Virus record (IMG/VR): IMGVR_UViG_3300032328_000934
Span: 1 to 64,000 of that record
Origin: a virus
Lineage: Duplodnaviria; Caudoviricetes
Direction: 5' to 3' (one strand)
Length of the DNA stretch: 64,000 nucleotides
Position numbers and translations under genes: made by a program. Each line of letters opens with the position of its first letter. Position 1 is the first letter of the stretch. The notes beneath the pieces were generated by a model. It had not been told where the DNA came from, did not search any database, and saw nothing but the letters and a program-made list of their open reading frames with translations. Positions 1 through 9,663 of the stretch are shown in pieces.

Positions 1-55
1 CTACGTTTTCACAAAAATCGAAATGGAAGGCTCGGAACGAGTACGGTGATGTTCA

Positions 56-661
56 ATGGGAGTACGCAAAAGTTCAGTTACTAGTAAGCCGATTACCTCG
101 CCTGAGGAGTTTGAGCGATTAAAAGAGGAGCGCCGTGAGCGTAATCGTTTAAATCGCCAACGCTCGAAGGCAATGGAGCGGAGAATTGCAAAGTTTCTTG
201 GGGGAGATCGCACCCCTCAATCAGGAGCTGGGACTGTTAAAGGGGATGTAATAGTACCTTTTCTAAATCGTCCCGGCCGATTCTTGATTGAGTGCAAGCT
301 GACAGAACTTTGGCGATATGGTGAGCCCTGTATTGCAATTAGCAAAGCATGGCTGCGAAAGATACACGAAGAGGCCAAGCAGACTCGTGCATTGTTTGGG
401 GTACTGATCTTCCGCTACCACGGTCGCACAGATGACTACATGCTCATCAAGGCCGTGGATATGGGGGCGCTGACGATTATCGAGGAGAATACTGAAAAGA
501 TACTTAGATTCGATAATCTTAAGACGAAGACTGCAATCTTCCCGCTTAGTAAGGCGGCTGTTTGCAAAGAAGAACCCGGAATCACTTGCGTGTGGATTGA
601 CTTCGTATTATACTACCTTCTGACAGTAACACGCTTTAAGCAGATTTTGGAGGGGTCATGA
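56..661 (+). CDS. PD-(D/E)XK nuclease, Holliday-junction-resolvase-like
   Basis: MERRIAKFLGG...SGAG..KGDV...IECK pattern typical of phage resolvase-type nucleases. Confidence 0.6.
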   Translation: MGVRKSSVTSKPITSPEEFERLKEERRERNRLNRQRSKAMERRIAKFLGGDRTPQSGAGTVKGDVIVPFLNRPGRFLIECKLTELWRYGEPCIAISKAWLRKIHEEAKQTRALFGVLIFRYHGRTDDYMLIKAVDMGALTIIEENTEKILRFDNLKTKTAIFPLSKAAVCKEEPGITCVWIDFVLYYLLTVTRFKQILEGS

Positions 662-981
662 AGCCACCAAGTGCAGAGGTGCTCGCGCTATCTCAGTTAA
701 TTGGGAAGAGCGTGGTAATTTCTTTTAGTTGCCACGCGTTTCCCGCGGTACTTCAATCAGTTGAGTTGCAGAAGTTGACTGGGATGACAAATGCCCCAGA
801 GAAACGCGTTGGGCCTGATGGGAAGGGCTACACACCCAAGTGCCTACGACTGATGTTTGACGTAGGCGCTATTGTGGTTGTGTTGGAGGATTGTCAGCTG
901 GTAGCAGTAATGGGTGGTTTTTGTTTTGTGTTTCCGACCTACAGACTGGAGGTACGCTATGCAGACTCACATTGTGCGTAA
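658..981 (+). CDS. hypothetical protein (107 aa)
   Basis: ATGA overlap with upstream gene; fits + strand operon. Confidence 0.6.
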   Translation: MKPPSAEVLALSQLIGKSVVISFSCHAFPAVLQSVELQKLTGMTNAPEKRVGPDGKGYTPKCLRLMFDVGAIVVVLEDCQLVAVMGGFCFVFPTYRLEVRYADSHCA

Positions 982-2887
982 TGAATGCGATCTTGTTCGA
1001 ACGTTAGAGTTATTCGAGTTTGCTCCGGTGGTCTACCTAGACACCGAAACGACTGGACTTGACCCACGAGCTTCCCAGCTGTTAATGGTACAGCTAGGCA
1101 CAGCCGACGACATTTACGTGTACGACTTCACGCGGATCCCAGTTAAGGCTCTCCGTCATTTCGAGGGCGTACTTACATCGCCACAGACAGTCAAGGTTAT
1201 CCACAACGCTTCCTTTGATTTGAAGGTGTTCTTTCACTTTGGGGGGTACATGGTGGGTCCAGTCCATGACACACGTTTTGCTGAAGTTCTGACGCAAATT
1301 GGTCTACAGAATCGATTTGACTTGGCCAGCGTGGCCAATCGCCGATTGGGTGTTTCACTTGACAAGACTGTGCGGGACACATTTATAGGTCAAGCAATTA
1401 CCGACCTGTCGGACGAGCAGATTTTGTATGCCGCTACTGACGTTGCGGTCTTACCGGCAATCTACAAACAACAGCTGGATGAAATTGCGGACGCTAGTCT
1501 GGAACAGGTCTATCGTTTAGAGATGGACTTGGTACCGGTTGTGGCCAAGATGGAGTACGTGGGAATGCCCTTTAAGAAAGAGCATCTTCAAGAACTCGAA
1601 CCGGTGTTTGATCAATTGATTGCCGACGCAGAGCAGGGAATGCAGGACGCACTCATAGGGGCTGGGGTTGTTGATCAAATCGTGTTTACTAAAGACGGTT
1701 ACAACGCAGTCAACACCTCATCTAATCAACAAATGATAGCAATGTACAATGCGTTGGGCATTGATCTGTCAGACCTCAACGCACGCACTGTTACTGAGTG
1801 GGATTATAAGAATCGTAAGAGCGCCTCCAAGTTTTTACCCGAGTCCGAGTTACTGGAGGATGAGTTGCTTGAGTCTGTTGATGCGTATGGTCGATATGAT
1901 AACTTTTATCTTCGCATGCACGCCTATCTGGGTGGTGCACGTAAGCTTCAATCAACCTACGTGCGGGGGTTGCAGACGATGCAATCACCCATCACCGGTC
2001 GCATTCACGCTACGTTTACTCAAATTGGGGCGGCTACGGGGCGGTTCAGCAGTTCTCGACCGAACCTCCAGAACCTACCGTCCGATCAGAAGCTGAAGAA
2101 TCTTGGCCTTGAGCAAAGTATCCGGCATGCGTTTGCGGTTAATGCGGACACACACCGTATGGTTATCGCTGACTACTCAACCATTGAGTTAGTAATTATT
2201 GCGGATGCAAGCGGTGATGAAGTCTTGGACAGCCATCTTGAGGATTTACACACGTTTGTTGCTCAGCAGATTCTTGGCGTCAAGGACATTAACAACAAGA
2301 ATAAGAAAGAGAATCCCTACAAGATTTGGCGTGACGTTGCCAAGATGGTAAACTACTCGATCGCTTACTCAGTTGGCGGTGAGAGTCTGGCCAAGCAGAT
2401 GACAATTCAGCTCGCACCACTCAACGTTAAGTTTAATGCTAAACAAGCGGATGCAATTATCGAGGCATGGAAAGCCTTGTTTCCACAGGCAACTGCTTGG
2501 CTTAAAAAGAGCGCACGCAGTGCTGTGGTGTACGGCTGGGTTGCAGATTCTTTTGGTCGACGTCGCTATTGGAATCGCGATGAGTTCACTCAGAAGTGGA
2601 AGAAAGAGGCCGCCGAACGAGAGGGAATGAACTTCCCAATTCAAGCACTCTCGGCTTCTATGGTTAAGCTCGCTCTTGTGACTGCATACCGGCAGTTGGA
2701 CGACACACAAGCGTCGATTATCTCCACGGTGCATGACGAAATCATTCTGGAGAGTACGATTGCCTACGCAGAGACCGCCCGCGATATTCTAAAAGAAGCC
2801 ATGGAAAAGGCAGCACAGCAGGTGCTACCACGCTTAGGGTCTAGCGTAATTGTAGACCCAGCAATAAGTACGAGGTATGACAAATGA
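959..2887 (+). CDS. polA: DNA polymerase family A with 3'-5' exonuclease domain
   Basis: Exo motif LDTETTGL and HNASFDL; TGRFSSSRPNLQN; motif A DYSTIEL, motif B RDVAKMVNY, motif C VHDEI. Start moved to ATG 959. Confidence 0.95.
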   Translation: MQTHIVRNECDLVRTLELFEFAPVVYLDTETTGLDPRASQLLMVQLGTADDIYVYDFTRIPVKALRHFEGVLTSPQTVKVIHNASFDLKVFFHFGGYMVGPVHDTRFAEVLTQIGLQNRFDLASVANRRLGVSLDKTVRDTFIGQAITDLSDEQILYAATDVAVLPAIYKQQLDEIADASLEQVYRLEMDLVPVVAKMEYVGMPFKKEHLQELEPVFDQLIADAEQGMQDALIGAGVVDQIVFTKDGYNAVNTSSNQQMIAMYNALGIDLSDLNARTVTEWDYKNRKSASKFLPESELLEDELLESVDAYGRYDNFYLRMHAYLGGARKLQSTYVRGLQTMQSPITGRIHATFTQIGAATGRFSSSRPNLQNLPSDQKLKNLGLEQSIRHAFAVNADTHRMVIADYSTIELVIIADASGDEVLDSHLEDLHTFVAQQILGVKDINNKNKKENPYKIWRDVAKMVNYSIAYSVGGESLAKQMTIQLAPLNVKFNAKQADAIIEAWKALFPQATAWLKKSARSAVVYGWVADSFGRRRYWNRDEFTQKWKKEAAEREGMNFPIQALSASMVKLALVTAYRQLDDTQASIISTVHDEIILESTIAYAETARDILKEAMEKAAQQVLPRLGSSVIVDPAISTRYDK

Positions 2888-3834
2888 CACGTAAGTTTGA
2901 TTCAACCGGTCTTGACTTTGGGGACAATCCGCAAGAATTTGAGTATTATCCCAGCAGCATTATTTCACTTAACCAGCTGTTTGGTGGGGGCGGAGTCCGT
3001 GGTGGGTTGATTGTTCAGCTCCTCGCTGATGCAGGCCATGGTAAGACGACGCTGGCTCTAGACTATGTAGCTCAGGCCCAGAAAAGAGGGGTCAAAGAGT
3101 TGCAGATTACCATTGGTAAGACAACTCGTGGAATTAATGCGTTGTTTATAGATCTCGAACGCACTTATGACGCTGAGTACGCCGCTGCAATTGGGGTAGA
3201 CACTAGTAAATTGCTAGTGTACAAACCCGATTTTGCAGAGCAAGCACTACCGCAGGTGGAAGCTTTATTGTCTCAGGGACTTCAGGTGGTAGTATTTGAC
3301 AGCGTCCCCGCGATGATTACTAAAGACGAGTTTGAAAAAGACATGGATGACCCAGCGCGTATGGCCGGATCTGCTGGTGTACTCAGTCGTTGGTTAATTC
3401 GGCTTGTAGGCTTGGTCGACAATGCCAAGGCATTGATGATTTTTATTAATCAATATCGCGCCAACTTAAGCCCAATGGCACGCAGTAACAAGAAACCCTT
3501 TGGACCGTACTCGCTGCGGTATAATTCGGGAGTTATTATCGAGCTGGTTCGAATTAAAACCGAGAACGACTTGCTGACCATTCAAGCAACCGTTACTAAG
3601 TCAAAGCAGGGGGGCAATGGTACTCGTTGTGAGTACATCATGCGGCAGGCTAAAGGCCTTGCACCTGAATTTGACATACTAGCATTAGCCCTAGAATATG
3701 GTATAATACGTAAAGCCGGGGCGTGGTATGAATTTAAGGGCCAGAAAGTTCAAGGACTGGAGAATTGCGTTCAGCAATTTGATTTGGCAGAACTCCGTCG
3801 GTTAGTTTTAGAGAGGGGTACCAGCAATGAGTGA
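2884..3834 (+). CDS. recA: RecA/UvsX-like recombinase
   Basis: Walker A ADAGHGKTT, FIDLERTYD, Walker B VVVFDSV, FINQYR, C-terminal IIRKAGAWY. Confidence 0.85.
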   Translation: MTRKFDSTGLDFGDNPQEFEYYPSSIISLNQLFGGGGVRGGLIVQLLADAGHGKTTLALDYVAQAQKRGVKELQITIGKTTRGINALFIDLERTYDAEYAAAIGVDTSKLLVYKPDFAEQALPQVEALLSQGLQVVVFDSVPAMITKDEFEKDMDDPARMAGSAGVLSRWLIRLVGLVDNAKALMIFINQYRANLSPMARSNKKPFGPYSLRYNSGVIIELVRIKTENDLLTIQATVTKSKQGGNGTRCEYIMRQAKGLAPEFDILALALEYGIIRKAGAWYEFKGQKVQGLENCVQQFDLAELRRLVLERGTSNE

Positions 3835-4177
3835 GTTAGCAACGTGGGTTACAAATGCACCGGACTACTACGACATGACTCGTGCATACAAGTCGTTAGG
3901 TCGAATTAAGCAAATGGTTATCCTTAAAGAGCGGGAGATTGATCGAGCCGAGCAACAGATTGTTATTGAGGACGAGAAGCCCCGCAGTAATGCTGCACGG
4001 TCCAAACGGTTTCAGGTGACAGGTACTATGCTGGATGAGCTTGCTGATTTAAAGGGAGAGCTGGCTGTTCTTGAGGCTTACTGTAAGCAGCTCGAGTTTG
4101 CCAAGTCAATGTTTGCTTCAGCCGCTTACACAATTAAAATGCGCTTCGATGCACCAGTAGGAGAAGTAAGTGACTAA
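3827..4177 (+). CDS. hypothetical coiled-coil protein
   Basis: 116-aa helical ORF overlapping both neighbours. Confidence 0.65.
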   Translation: MSELATWVTNAPDYYDMTRAYKSLGRIKQMVILKEREIDRAEQQIVIEDEKPRSNAARSKRFQVTGTMLDELADLKGELAVLEAYCKQLEFAKSMFASAAYTIKMRFDAPVGEVSD

Positions 4178-4943
4178 TTTACCTGAGTTCAGCGCGTCGC
4201 GGTTTAACACTTATAAGACGTGCGCTCGAATGTTTCACTACCAGTACAACGAGCAGCAACCTAGAGGTGTGCATGCTTATACTGTGTTAGGTAGTGCGTT
4301 GCACTTAGCGATTGAGCATTTTTACAAGACAAAAGAGCAGCCAATGGTTATCTTCTCGACTAAATTTAACGAGCTTAGTCGAGCGGCTGCTTCCTCGGAG
4401 ACGGGCATTGTCGCGGGTAACTTGATTAGCAAGGCACGTCAGATTGGCCAAGATATTCTTCGAGAGTTTGATTGGGGAAGGTTGAACCCCGTTGAGATCG
4501 AACTTGGATTTCGGCTTGACTTTCCCACAGAAAACCCGCTGGTAATCATGCGTGGCTTTATGGACATGGTTACCGAAGAGGGATACATAATTGACCATAA
4601 GAGTGCGGGCAAGCGTCCTACAAAAGCAGAGCTCGCAGTCAACCCGCAGCTCATTCTTTACGTATGGGCCTATGAACGGCTGTACGGGAAGAAGCCAACG
4701 AAGGTTATCTGGCATCACCTCCGTACGGCAGAGCTAATTGAGGCGGATGTACTCACAGATTACGACGCTAAACTGCAAGCACTTGTAGAAACGCTTCGTA
4801 CTATCCTAGCTGACAAGGAATATCCGAAGCAACCGTACGGATATTTTTGTACAAACCTTTGCTCATTTCACGATCTTTGCTGGTCAAAACAAACAAATGA
4901 AAAGTCGGTTATTAGTTCGGGAGGAATTGAGGGACTATTTTAA
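4170..4943 (+). CDS. PD-(D/E)XK exonuclease, RecB/Cas4-like with 4-Cys staple
   Basis: SASRFNTYKTC, GSALH, GFMD...IIDHKS, QLILY, C-terminal CTNLCSFHDLC. Confidence 0.85.
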   Translation: MTNLPEFSASRFNTYKTCARMFHYQYNEQQPRGVHAYTVLGSALHLAIEHFYKTKEQPMVIFSTKFNELSRAAASSETGIVAGNLISKARQIGQDILREFDWGRLNPVEIELGFRLDFPTENPLVIMRGFMDMVTEEGYIIDHKSAGKRPTKAELAVNPQLILYVWAYERLYGKKPTKVIWHHLRTAELIEADVLTDYDAKLQALVETLRTILADKEYPKQPYGYFCTNLCSFHDLCWSKQTNEKSVISSGGIEGLF

Positions 4944-5286
4944 TAGTAAGTTGCCTATTGATGAGTCACTCTCTTACGGATGTGCAATTGAGCAAAACGC
5001 ACGGTTTATGGTAGACAACCACCCGCTTTCGCTGAGAATTCTACAGGAGTGGGGAGAGGGTTACACATTGTTTGAAATATCAATGCGTAACCAACTGCAT
5101 CTTGCAGTTACTCGCGATATTCTTATATTTTGTTTTGAGTTGTTAGGGCGCAAGTTGCAGGTAGATGACAATGTAGTACTACAGAGTATCTTGCCGCAAC
5201 TACGCCCAATGGCGATAAACGTGTTTCACGCGTATTACGATACGTTTACTGAATTACCTGAAAGGAATAGTATAGAAGTAGATTGA
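4897..5286 (+). CDS. hypothetical protein
   Basis: 129-aa ORF filling the operon; start uncertain. Confidence 0.55.
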   Translation: MKSRLLVREELRDYFNSKLPIDESLSYGCAIEQNARFMVDNHPLSLRILQEWGEGYTLFEISMRNQLHLAVTRDILIFCFELLGRKLQVDDNVVLQSILPQLRPMAINVFHAYYDTFTELPERNSIEVD

Positions 5287-5519
5287 TTAAACAAACTAAA
5301 AAGACGGTCGACTTGTCAAAAGACATTGTACGCATCATTCGATTGGAGTGCGAAGGCAACATCGCAGCAATCACCGCAACTCAGTCTTGGGGCACACAGG
5401 AACCTGTGACTCTGTTTGTAGAGGAACGGGAATCCCTCAGAGAATCTATCGCTGAGGTAGGATCCCAAATGGTAATTTTGGGAATGATTGTCACAGAGCT
5501 TGCTCGGGAGAAGGCCTAA
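5283..5519 (+). CDS. hypothetical protein
   Basis: 78-aa ORF, TTG start overlapping upstream stop. Confidence 0.5.
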   Translation: MIKQTKKTVDLSKDIVRIIRLECEGNIAAITATQSWGTQEPVTLFVEERESLRESIAEVGSQMVILGMIVTELAREKA

Positions 5520-6535
5520 TGAAAGGTGTTTATTTTTCAAATAATTCGTACGGTATTCGTTGGTGGGATAAAGAACAGAAAAAGTATATTCACGGGGGAC
5601 GTTTTGCTACATACGATGAGGCATGCAGTGCCCTCAGTCAGCGTACTCCTACGGTAGACACGCCTCAGATAAGCGGGGTCTCTGCCTCTACCGATACGCG
5701 TGAGTTCGAGGAGCTTGTTGCCATTGGCCAAAAAGCCTACAACATGGTAAAGCAGCAAGCAGTCGCAAAGAAATCACAGCAGATTGATTTAGGTAAGTTA
5801 CCTACAGGCATCGCATTTCTATCAGACCTGCACTTCGGTAACGCTGGTACAGACTACGAGTCAATTTTGACAGACACTAATCTGATCAACGACACTCCGG
5901 GAATGTATGCCGCTTTTCATGGGGACGGTATCGACAACTGGATTGTAGGTAAACTGCAGGCTATTCAACGCGGGCAGGCTTTTTCACATGCAGATGAAAT
6001 CAGTTTGTTTCGCAGTTGGTTACGCAAGATTCATCAAAAGTTGCTTCTCGTCGTGTCAGGAAACCATGACAACTGGACTAAGAAGATTTCCGGGTTGGAT
6101 TTGATACCGGAACTACTTGGCGATACGCACGTACTGTATGATCCGTTTGAAAGTCGTGTCACTGTTCGTTGTGGCACGGGTGCTTGGGATGTATTGATCC
6201 GACATCAGTGGAAGTACAGCAGTATTTTTAATCCAACACACGGGATTGAGGTCGGCCATGATCGTATGACTAACACATTTGACATCGGTGTTGGCGGTCA
6301 TACACATATTGGCACACTTATGCGACCCTTCTTTCGGCACGGTAAGACTAAATTAGCGGTACTTACCGGAGCCTACAAGCGATTCGACTCGTTTTCAAAA
6401 GAGATTGGGTACGCGGAGACGGTTAGCTCCGGCTGCGGTGCTATCATATTCTTCCCTGACGGGAGGCTGTGGTACTCGCCAGATCTAAAAGCCGCGTGTG
6501 ACTATCTTACCTACCTACGCAAGGAGCAATCATGA
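5519..6535 (+). CDS. calcineurin-like metallophosphoesterase with N-terminal AP2-like segment
   Basis: DLHFG, GDGID, GNHD, GHTH motifs; N-terminus KGVYF..YGIRWWD..KYIHGGRFATYDEA. Confidence 0.85.
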   Translation: MKGVYFSNNSYGIRWWDKEQKKYIHGGRFATYDEACSALSQRTPTVDTPQISGVSASTDTREFEELVAIGQKAYNMVKQQAVAKKSQQIDLGKLPTGIAFLSDLHFGNAGTDYESILTDTNLINDTPGMYAAFHGDGIDNWIVGKLQAIQRGQAFSHADEISLFRSWLRKIHQKLLLVVSGNHDNWTKKISGLDLIPELLGDTHVLYDPFESRVTVRCGTGAWDVLIRHQWKYSSIFNPTHGIEVGHDRMTNTFDIGVGGHTHIGTLMRPFFRHGKTKLAVLTGAYKRFDSFSKEIGYAETVSSGCGAIIFFPDGRLWYSPDLKAACDYLTYLRKEQS

Positions 6536-6654
6536 CCGGTACAGAAGTAAGTCCCGCCTACTGCAGCGTCTGCGGTACGGAGTTGGACGAGAACGATTTA
6601 AACGAGTTAGAGTGTCAGAGGTGTCGTCATCATGGCCAAACTCAATCGAGCTAG
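6532..6654 (+). CDS. 40-aa zinc-ribbon microprotein (below ORF-track cutoff)
   Basis: My translation MTGTEVSPAYCSVCGTELDENDLNELECQRCRHHGQTQSS; AAGGAG RBS; CxxC...CxxC. Confidence 0.5.
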   Translation: MTGTEVSPAYCSVCGTELDENDLNELECQRCRHHGQTQSS

Positions 6655-6841
6655 CGAACTGCTAAAGTATGAGATTGCCGCGACTGATACGAACCCTGAA
6701 GAGTTGGCCGAGTACGCTGGTATTACATTAGAGCGGTTAAACCTGATTCTGGGTGGGGAGGCCTCACCTACGGTAAGAGAACGAATATCTATTGCGGATT
6801 GGTTTTCACTCAATCCATTAGTACTATGGGGGACGCGTTGA
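6632..6841 (+). CDS. XRE-type helix-turn-helix protein
   Basis: PEELAEYAGITLERLNLILGGEASPT...IADWF pattern. Confidence 0.6.
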   Translation: MAKLNRASELLKYEIAATDTNPEELAEYAGITLERLNLILGGEASPTVRERISIADWFSLNPLVLWGTR

Positions 6842-7533
6842 TTTCAGTAGAATTAAAGGGTAAGACGGTACCGGTTGATCCGGAAGTTTCGGTAGAGGAC
6901 TTTGTTACTCATTTGGCCAGAATAAGTAATCCAAAGAATCAGTCTAACTACACAAGCAGCCGCAGATTGTGGCGGTACTTGCTCCGTAAGAAGCATTACT
7001 CGCCATTAGAGATGGTTAATCTTGTAATAGATGTGGTCGCTCCACGAGACATTACTCGTCAAATACTACGTCATCGCAGTTTTGCATTCCAAGAATTTAG
7101 TCAACGGTACGCCTCTCCACTGGAAATGGGTTTTTTGTCACGTGAGGCGCGCTTACAGGACACAACTAATCGACAAAATAGTCTAGAACTGGCCGAGACT
7201 GCGGAAAGTCAGTGGTTGAAAAGTGAGTGGGAACGACGGCAGCAAGTAGTTACCGATGTGGCCACTGAGCATTACCAATGGGCAACTGACAATGGTATTG
7301 CAAAAGAATTGGCCCGCGTAATACTCCCGGAAGGTAACACGCTTTCTCGAGTATACATGAACGGTACTCTGCGGTCGTGGTTACACTACTGTTATGTCCG
7401 CATGGGCCCAGAGACCCAGAAGGAACATCGGCAGGTCGCTACTGCGTGTTGGGAGATTGTAGTTGATGTGTTCCCTGTACTTGGCGAGCCAGAGTTTTAT
7501 CCACAAAATGTACATAATAAGGAGTCGATATGA
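6826..7533 (+). CDS. thyX: FAD-dependent thymidylate synthase
   Basis: HYSPLE, RHRSFAFQEFSQRY signature, ARVILP, GTLRSWLHY, TQKEHR; start uncertain (6826 or 6838). Confidence 0.95.
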   Translation: MGDALISVELKGKTVPVDPEVSVEDFVTHLARISNPKNQSNYTSSRRLWRYLLRKKHYSPLEMVNLVIDVVAPRDITRQILRHRSFAFQEFSQRYASPLEMGFLSREARLQDTTNRQNSLELAETAESQWLKSEWERRQQVVTDVATEHYQWATDNGIAKELARVILPEGNTLSRVYMNGTLRSWLHYCYVRMGPETQKEHRQVATACWEIVVDVFPVLGEPEFYPQNVHNKESI

Positions 7534-8225
7534 CACAACAATCAGAGCAGGCACCTATTCGATTGCCCGGTAATCGCCCGACCTATGGTCCGGGTAAGCC
7601 TTTTTACATTGACAAGACTGGGACTATTTACTACTTATGGGACGGGCGGGTTACTAATCCGGGACCGTGGGGTACACATGTGTACCGCGCTGCTGTCGGC
7701 CAATCCCCCGAGCTTCTGTTCTTTAAAGAGAACAGCGGTGGTACATTTGTCGTAGTCAACAAGGAATTGTGGTATACTTATTCAGACGGCAAGGGCATTC
7801 CTTGGAGATTGTTAATTGCAAGTTACATCGATCCGCAGGATACGCCATCGAGTACTGTTGTACAAGTAAACGAGTCTGCATTGAGCGCAGTAAAGCTAAG
7901 TGTAGCCACTGCCGCCAGCCTTGCAGGTACTGCGGATTACAAGGCCTCTCGTGCACAGATCGCAGCAAGCAACGCGCAATCTTCTGCCGACAACGTAAAG
8001 TCACAGATTGCCGGACTTCAAGCACAGTTGGCTGCACTTCAGGCGAGAGTTAGCGCTTTCCCGTCGCAGGGCGTAAGCACGCAGCAAGTAGCGGATTTGG
8101 TGTGGGCTAAATTGTGGGATGTCATTTATACGCTGCGTCTAGGCATGAACGCAGGACTTAGTAAGGATCCAAACATTCAAGGGTGGATTCACGACCTTAC
8201 TAGTTTTATTAAGAAGGTAAAGTAG
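7530..8225 (+). CDS. hypothetical protein with C-terminal coiled coil
   Basis: 231-aa ORF with good RBS, operonic. Confidence 0.7.
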   Translation: MTQQSEQAPIRLPGNRPTYGPGKPFYIDKTGTIYYLWDGRVTNPGPWGTHVYRAAVGQSPELLFFKENSGGTFVVVNKELWYTYSDGKGIPWRLLIASYIDPQDTPSSTVVQVNESALSAVKLSVATAASLAGTADYKASRAQIAASNAQSSADNVKSQIAGLQAQLAALQARVSAFPSQGVSTQQVADLVWAKLWDVIYTLRLGMNAGLSKDPNIQGWIHDLTSFIKKVK

Positions 8226-8228
8226 TTT

Positions 8229-8561
8229 ATGGAGCAGCGAAAACAAACGGCATACGGAACGCCGTATCCGGAACAGCACGCAGAGTTCGAGGCAGTCTTG
8301 CAACAACTGTTGCAAATCCATCGGGCAAAGACTGCGGACTACAGTCCGTGGAATGTACGGGGTGTTGGTGAAGTGGGTATTGCGGTTCGTTTGTGGGATA
8401 AGACAGCCCGCTTACTGAACTTACTAGGGTGGGATATTGAGACAGGAACACTGCGAGCAGCAAAGGAACCGAAGAATGAGCCACTGGAAGATACTCTTCT
8501 TGATCTGGCTAGTTACGCGATTATTATGCTAATTTATCGCCGCGGTAAATGGGGGAAATAG
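8229..8561 (+). CDS. DUF1599 / nucleotide-modification-associated domain 1-like protein
   Basis: K..DY...GIAVRLWDKTARL...EPLEDTLLDLASYAII pattern. Confidence 0.7.
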   Translation: MEQRKQTAYGTPYPEQHAEFEAVLQQLLQIHRAKTADYSPWNVRGVGEVGIAVRLWDKTARLLNLLGWDIETGTLRAAKEPKNEPLEDTLLDLASYAIIMLIYRRGKWGK

Positions 8562-8565
8562 AATA

Positions 8566-8901
8566 ATGGAAGAATCAATGCAACAGATGATTGTAAACGA
8601 AGTAGGTATTGTGGCTCCTCAGGCAAACGAAGCGGTTCCCTACGATGCCTCGGCAGATCCTCTACACCCGTATGGGAAGGACTGCAGCATCTGCTCCACG
8701 GAGTTTGATGACAATGAGTGGGGTATTATGGGTTGGCTTGGAATTGTCCCTGTTAGTTTCTGTGTTAACTGTATGACGGGTATCTACAACATGGTATTTC
8801 AAATGACCAGTGTTGAGGAACTTCAGTCGTTGATTGAAGAAAAGGAGGCGGATGACACCACTGTCGAGTCTCCCGCCAAGCCCCCCCGAGCTGACCGCTA
8901 A
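8566..8901 (+). CDS. hypothetical protein with CxxC...CxxC
   Basis: CSIC and CVNC pairs. Confidence 0.6.
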   Translation: MEESMQQMIVNEVGIVAPQANEAVPYDASADPLHPYGKDCSICSTEFDDNEWGIMGWLGIVPVSFCVNCMTGIYNMVFQMTSVEELQSLIEEKEADDTTVESPAKPPRADR

Positions 8902-8948
8902 CTAAATAACAAGGACAGTGACCCTCAGCAATGGGGGTCACTTTATAC

Positions 8949-9024
8949 GCCGACGTAGCTCAGTGGATAGAGCAACTGCCTTCTAAGCAGTCGGTCGTAG
9001 GTTCGAGTCCTATCGTCGGCACCA
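8949..9024 (+). tRNA. tRNA-Arg (anticodon TCT)
   Basis: GCCGACG/CGTCGGC acceptor stem, ACTGC-CTTCTAA-GCAGT anticodon arm, GTTCGAG T-loop, encoded CCA. Confidence 0.97.
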
Positions 9025-9051
9025 AAATTTAAAAACTGGGGGTTATAAGGG

Positions 9052-9663
9052 ATGGGCAGAGTCTTAGTCGCTTGTGAGGAATCGCAAGCGGTGACAAAGG
9101 AATTAAGGGCACTGGGTGTTGAAGCGTTTTCTTGTGACACAGAACCGTGTTCGGGTGGCCATCCAGAGTGGCATTTACAAGGAGACGTAACGCCGTTACT
9201 AAACCAAGAGTGGGATATGATTATTGCCTTCCCGCCGTGTACTCACTTGGCAGCTAGTGGGGCAGCGTGGTTTGAGCAGAAACGAAAAGATGGTAGGCAA
9301 CAACAGGGCATAGATTTTTTTATGCTGTTTGCTAATGCTAAATGTGAGCGGGTTGCAATTGAAAATCCGGTTGGGATAATGAGTTCAGTTTGGAGAAAAC
9401 CCGATCAGATAATACACCCGTATTACTTTGGCGAACCATTTCGTAAAAAAACCTGTCTATGGCTAAAAGGATTGCCGCCGCTTACCCCTACAGACATGGT
9501 CGAAAAAGGAGAGCAGGTTAAGTATGCAAGCGGGACGTCTTTGCCAAAGTGGTACGCGAACATGGGGAAAAGGGAAAGAGCCGCACTTCGGTCAAAAACT
9601 TTTATCGGTATAGCAAAAGCGATGGCTTCTCAATGGGGGTTATTAATTAAAGGAGAATTATGA
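9052..9663 (+). CDS. compact C5-cytosine DNA methyltransferase-like protein
   Basis: VLVACEESQ (motif I variant), FSCD, FPPCTHL (motif IV), IENP (motif VI), KKTCLW. Confidence 0.7.
   Translation: MGRVLVACEESQAVTKELRALGVEAFSCDTEPCSGGHPEWHLQGDVTPLLNQEWDMIIAFPPCTHLAASGAAWFEQKRKDGRQQQGIDFFMLFANAKCERVAIENPVGIMSSVWRKPDQIIHPYYFGEPFRKKTCLWLKGLPPLTPTDMVEKGEQVKYASGTSLPKWYANMGKRERAALRSKTFIGIAKAMASQWGLLIKGEL

Noticed and set aside
4170-4943. cas4 as part of a CRISPR adaptation module
   Set aside because: No cas1/cas2 or array nearby; context is phage recombination.
8917-8941. GCAA-loop hairpin before tRNA-Arg as another copy of the CAGCA elements near DUF2828
   Set aside because: CAGCAA here is a GNRA loop in a simple stem; the architecture differs, so it is more likely a processing or termination hairpin.
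8943-9140. Minus-strand ORF 8943-9140 and ORF 12381-12620
   Set aside because: They overlap clear tRNA genes on the opposite strand.
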